Shown here one piece after another: positions 59,971 to 64,000 of a stretch of DNA of 64,000 bases. The first letter of the stretch is position 1, and each line of letters opens with the position of its first letter. Where the stretch lies: the NCBI RefSeq assembly GCF_009914755.1, contig NC_060939.1; one strand, 5' to 3'. The stretch comes from the human T2T-CHM13v2.0 reference genome, Homo sapiens. The position numbers were made by a program, and so were the translations under genes. The notes below the pieces were generated by a model that was given only the letters and a program-made list of their open reading frames with translations, searched no databases and was not told the origin of the DNA.

Positions 59971-61589
59971 GTGTGTTCTGATTCCTTGAAAACATATAAG
60001 AAATGTGTAATTGTCATTGTCAGTTACATGTAATATTTATCACCCTTAGCACCAACTCTGTGCCTGCCATTCCCCTATCACACATGCACACACACTCACA
60101 TGCACACACACCCACACGATTTCTCAGAAAATAAAATAGGAAGGCTCGGATTCTACTATGCTTCCAAATTCCCAAAATAAACTTCTTGGAGCCCTCTTTT
60201 TTTTCCCTAAAATTGAAGACCCTGTAATTATCTGGACTAAGCCTAGATACAGGCTATTTCTCCATTGTTATATATTCTCATAATGAATGCATATTGTTTT
60301 TCATTCCACAGGGATTTGCAATGGGCGACATGCATTCCCATACTAAAATCTAAAAAATGAATTAAATATGCAAAAGAGAAAAACAACAGCCAAATATAAA
60401 TGAAGCCAGGAAGAGCAGTTGCCCGGACATGGGTTTCGTAAAGTGTTGCCTCATTGTTGGCCTGGAGCAGGGAGGTCAGTATGCTTAGGTCTGACTTCCT
60501 GCCTCCACTACCTGTTTCCTTTCTCCTTCCCACAACGAGCCAGGTAGTTGGGTAGGTTTTACCCTGTTCTTCCACTCTGGGACTCGTGTATACACATATC
60601 CTCCTTTTTCCAGAGGTGATGTATGCCTCCTGTCCTCCCTGGGAATATATTGGAATTCTTGCTTCATTTACTAGGAGAATAAATCACACATTTGTTTAAT
60701 ATTTTCTTAAAACATGACATTCAATGCATTATTTCCCTAATAAACTATTGTTCCCTCCCCCTACCCACCACTTCCACTCCAATGACACTTTCTTTCATCC
60801 AGAAATCTACCTCCTTCCAGGGAAGTGGGATGTAGGTTTCATTCTGCACATGTGTATTTATCTTCCAGGCCCCCAGACTTTGGCCAAGTGAGCTTCATTA
60901 TTGGCTGAAAATCTCACTTCCTATCAGTGGGGAATCCTTCTCATCCTCTTGGCTTTCTTAACTCTGGCATCATTCATCATGGAGTCTAGCCATACAATCA
61001 GGAAAGCTTTCCTCCAGTGGGGGTGAGCCTAGAGTGGGCCTTGCAATTGCCAATGGGCCCCAAAGCAGCAGGAGGTGAGGACTAGCTCTTTAGCTGACAC
61101 CCCTGCCACGTCCTGTTTGTTCCTCCAGAGCCTGGCTCAAGAAAGGAACAGATGATGGCCAAGCACGGGCTTCCCTGGGGCTCTCATGGCTCCCCCGGTT
61201 ACCTCTGGGGGAGGTCTTTCTCAGGACATTTAATAGTCTGTATGCACATGCAGCTATATTTTGTACGGTTGACCCGGCAAAAATTGGAGTGGAGTCTGGG
61301 TCAAAACCCTGAGAGAGAGAATAGGCAGGCACAGATGCAGGACTCAGGACTGTCAATGAAAGGAGGAAGGGGAGGGCCATAAGCCTTTATCTTCGAGGCC
61401 CCGTCATGGATACTTAGTCTTTGAAAGAAGAGATCCCCTTCCTAAAGAAGAAACCTAAACTCTACAGAATAAGTGTAGGTCAACAGGAGAGACACTGGGA
61501 CAAAGTTGGAGTGGCTGTGCTGCAGAGGGGAAGACTGGGAGTCATTGCCAGGCTAGAAGGAAGACTCAAGTGAGTCTTGAGTGGCAGGG

Positions 61590-61602
61590 CCACCGGGGGG
61601 CG
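61590..61602 (+). promoter_or_regulatory. Candidate CTCF/GC-box motif
   Basis: CCACCGGGGGGCG, one mismatch from CCACCAGGGGGCG; overlaps GGGGCGGG. Confidence 0.35.
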
Positions 61603-62559
61603 GGTTGTCCACAGGCCCCTGGGGCCACTGCCAGTGGAATGCCCGGGGTGTCTTGGTCAGTAGGAGAAGGAATGTCTGTATCTTAGTTCTCAAAGAATGA
61701 GGGAAGGAACTTCTTTCATAAGGATCAGGAGACTAAGTGGAATTTGAGCAGGCCTGGGCTGTCACTGAGCAATGGTCACCCACTGCAGCCATCAGTCTAC
61801 CAGCCATGGAGCATTCAGTACAAGAGGCTATACTGGCCTCCCTCACACAGCTGACCCATTGCCTGTGGACAACCGCATGTTGTGGCCCTAGACACTTTAT
61901 AGTAGACTAACAGAGGCCTGACGTTTTGTAAGTGGAAGGGAAACTTTACACCCTGACTGAATTAGGACTGGGCAGAATGGACTGAAAATTTCCTCGACCC
62001 AGGACAGCAACTGTACAACATCCTGCCTCTGCTACACAAGCTCTCTCTTGCATTCTCCTTGCTTTACATTCTGTCTTCAGCTCCTAAGAATCCCTTGGGT
62101 TCTGATTGCCCATAAATTGACTCCTGCTTGACTCAAAGCTTCAGGGTTTATGGTGGCCTGTTTCTTATAAATCTACCTTGCTTCTTACACACAATTTACC
62201 TTGACCTCCGCTATTTGTCTCTGCCTTGATTCAAAGCGTTGGACTTCCTCTTATCCATGACAAATACCTGGTTCTTTCAATCATGTTTTATTTTCCTTGG
62301 GCTCACTTTCTTACTCTTTATTTACATTGACTGCCATTTACATCCATTGTGTAAAAATATTTAAAACCATCATGAAAAGTGCAGCCTTCATGTAGTGAAA
62401 TGTTACTAAAGATGAAGACAGAGTCATATCAGGATTTCATACATGACCAAGTTCTTAGCACTATGTCAACTCTCTTATCATCATGAGGGGCTATGTGATA
62501 ACTATGATGATGCATACTCCACAATAGTGGGCCTCATTATTATTTTTTTATACAATCAA

Positions 62560-62750
62560 GGCACAATCTATTAGAATGGGAAGAGACCCTGGAGATAATA
62601 AGACACAACCCTACCACTTTACAGAGGGGTAAATTGTGGACCAGAAAAATTAAAAGCTTTGCCCCATATCATAGGGTTAATCAGTAAGGACGCTAAGGTC
62701 AAAACCTGGGTCTCGAATTTTCTTGTTTAATACTCTTTCCACTATGTCAA
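62560..62750 (-). mobile_element. MIR/MIR3 fragment
   Basis: ttagaatgggaagagaccctggagat...cacttttacagaggggtaaattg. Confidence 0.6.
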
Positions 62751-62980
62751 AAGGTGATTTGACATACATAAGTGAGTAGAACTGGATTTTTTTTTAAAAG
62801 TCAAAGTTTCAACAAGTGAAGCTCAAGGGGAATTTGTTTCGCTCATTCATTCTGTTCCTGTTTATTGAGTGTCCACTATATGCGGGCACTGTACCGGGCA
62901 AAGGAGGTGAAGTTGTGAGGAAGCAGATGCCAGTCCTATGAACCTTAAACATTAAGCAAATATCCATGCAAATAAATTAC

Positions 62981-63256
62981 CGCATATCTCATTGATCTTC
63001 AAATGCAACTGCTTTTTAAACATCTCAGCACATTCAAATTTGAGACACGTTGTACCATCAATATGTCTTATGATGAAGTTGGCCTGGAAGGGAGTCAAGT
63101 TCTTCCGGATTGTATATGAATTTGCTTCTTTCACCCAGGTCACTTTCAACATGGGATTCCTTCTAAACTATACTCTCCATTTGAGGTTTTCTGGACCACA
63201 CTTGTTGTTGGACTTTAGACTACAAACCTGCAAGATGATCACCTCCCGATTCTCTC
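62981..63256 (-). pseudogene. Putative 276-nt phase-1/1 pseudo-exon with one in-frame stop; product unknown, loosely Ig-like
   Basis: Acceptor tctctccttttcag|GA, donor GCG|gtaatt; ORFs 63168..63350 and 62952..63152 share a frame separated by one TAG. Confidence 0.25.
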
Positions 63257-63451
63257 CTGAAAAGGAGAGACTTTTCTTTCTCCTTCCATCTGGGGCTAAG
63301 GTTGAAACTGGCAAGTTTCCTTGCTGTCCCTTTCTACATGCTGGGTTCATTTCTTATGTGCCCTTACTTCAGTAGGCCAGCTTTGTGTGGAAAGTCTCAC
63401 GCTAAATTCTTCACCTTGAGCTTCTTCTCATGAACTTTCTCAGAGGTATGT

Positions 63452-63503
63452 ACAATAATGGTGCATTTTACAATTAGTGGCATCTTAGGTTCTATAAAAT
63501 ATA
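63452..63503 (+). mobile_element. TcMar-Tc2 (Kanga/MER104-like) terminal fragment
   Basis: aataatggtgcattttacaattagtggcatcttaggttctataaaata resembles the family's terminus. Confidence 0.5.
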
Positions 63504-64000
63504 ATAATTATAAGTTGTGAAAAAACAGCGCAAAATGGTACGAGGAAATATAATAGGTGACCTAATTTAGGTCAAAGGCCTCTATGAATAAGTGACAGGT
63601 AAACTGAGTCCTAAAGACTGAGACAAGTGACCCAGGAGCTAAGCATCTCAGACAGGGACAACAGTCTGTGCAAAACCCACTTAGGTAAAAAAAAAAAAAA
63701 AAAAAAAAGAAGCCAGCGTTGCTTTTAAATCCCTTTAGTCTGATGATCTCCAAAGTGTTAATATCCAAAAGAAAAGAATGTCTTTTCAATGAATAGCTTT
63801 TCCTTGAAACTGAAATAGAAATATGACGGATTCCGATTTCTACACTACTTTCTTAAAAATTGTATTTTTAAAAGCAAATAGAGTTATGCCCTGTAATTAT
63901 AATTATCACCCACAATTTCCTCAATCTAAAGTTGATTATGTTCTCTGTCGCTGTGCCAAAAGCACAGTGACTTGACATGTGGAACAGTAACAAGATAAAT

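Noticed and set aside
60243-60461. Hydrophobic TM-like peptide after an actgac...ctccag acceptor on the minus strand
   Set aside because: Phase incompatible with the 62981 donor; hydrophobicity follows from T-rich sequence

Overview
This is primate (human-like) non-coding genomic DNA, intergenic or deep-intronic. I see no intact protein-coding gene, RNA gene, CpG island or prokaryotic system, and almost all ORF-track entries are Alu, L1 or low-complexity artefacts. The window is a mosaic of about 20 Alu copies or fragments, old and intermediate L1 pieces (L1ME/MB/MC1, L1PA), MaLR and ERVL solo LTRs (THE1D, MSTA, MST, MLT1, LTR16, LTR33), DNA transposon relics (MER44, MER58, MER5A), MIR/L2 and microsatellites. 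Subfamily names are by eye and need RepeatMasker/Dfam confirmation. The most notable signals are rearrangement scars readable in the sequence: (i) an Alu tail stub fused to an exact 47-bp copy of DNA from 4.7 kb upstream; (ii) two head-to-head inverted Alu right arms joined by a triplicated 15-mer that forms a perfect palindrome; (iii) a 123-bp near-perfect tandem duplication; (iv) twin-primed L1 inversions; (v) an old ~170-bp dispersed duplication. There is also a speculative 276-nt phase-1/1 minus-strand pseudo-exon with one stop codon, and several candidate cis-regulatory motifs. I found no convincing new multi-gene biological system.
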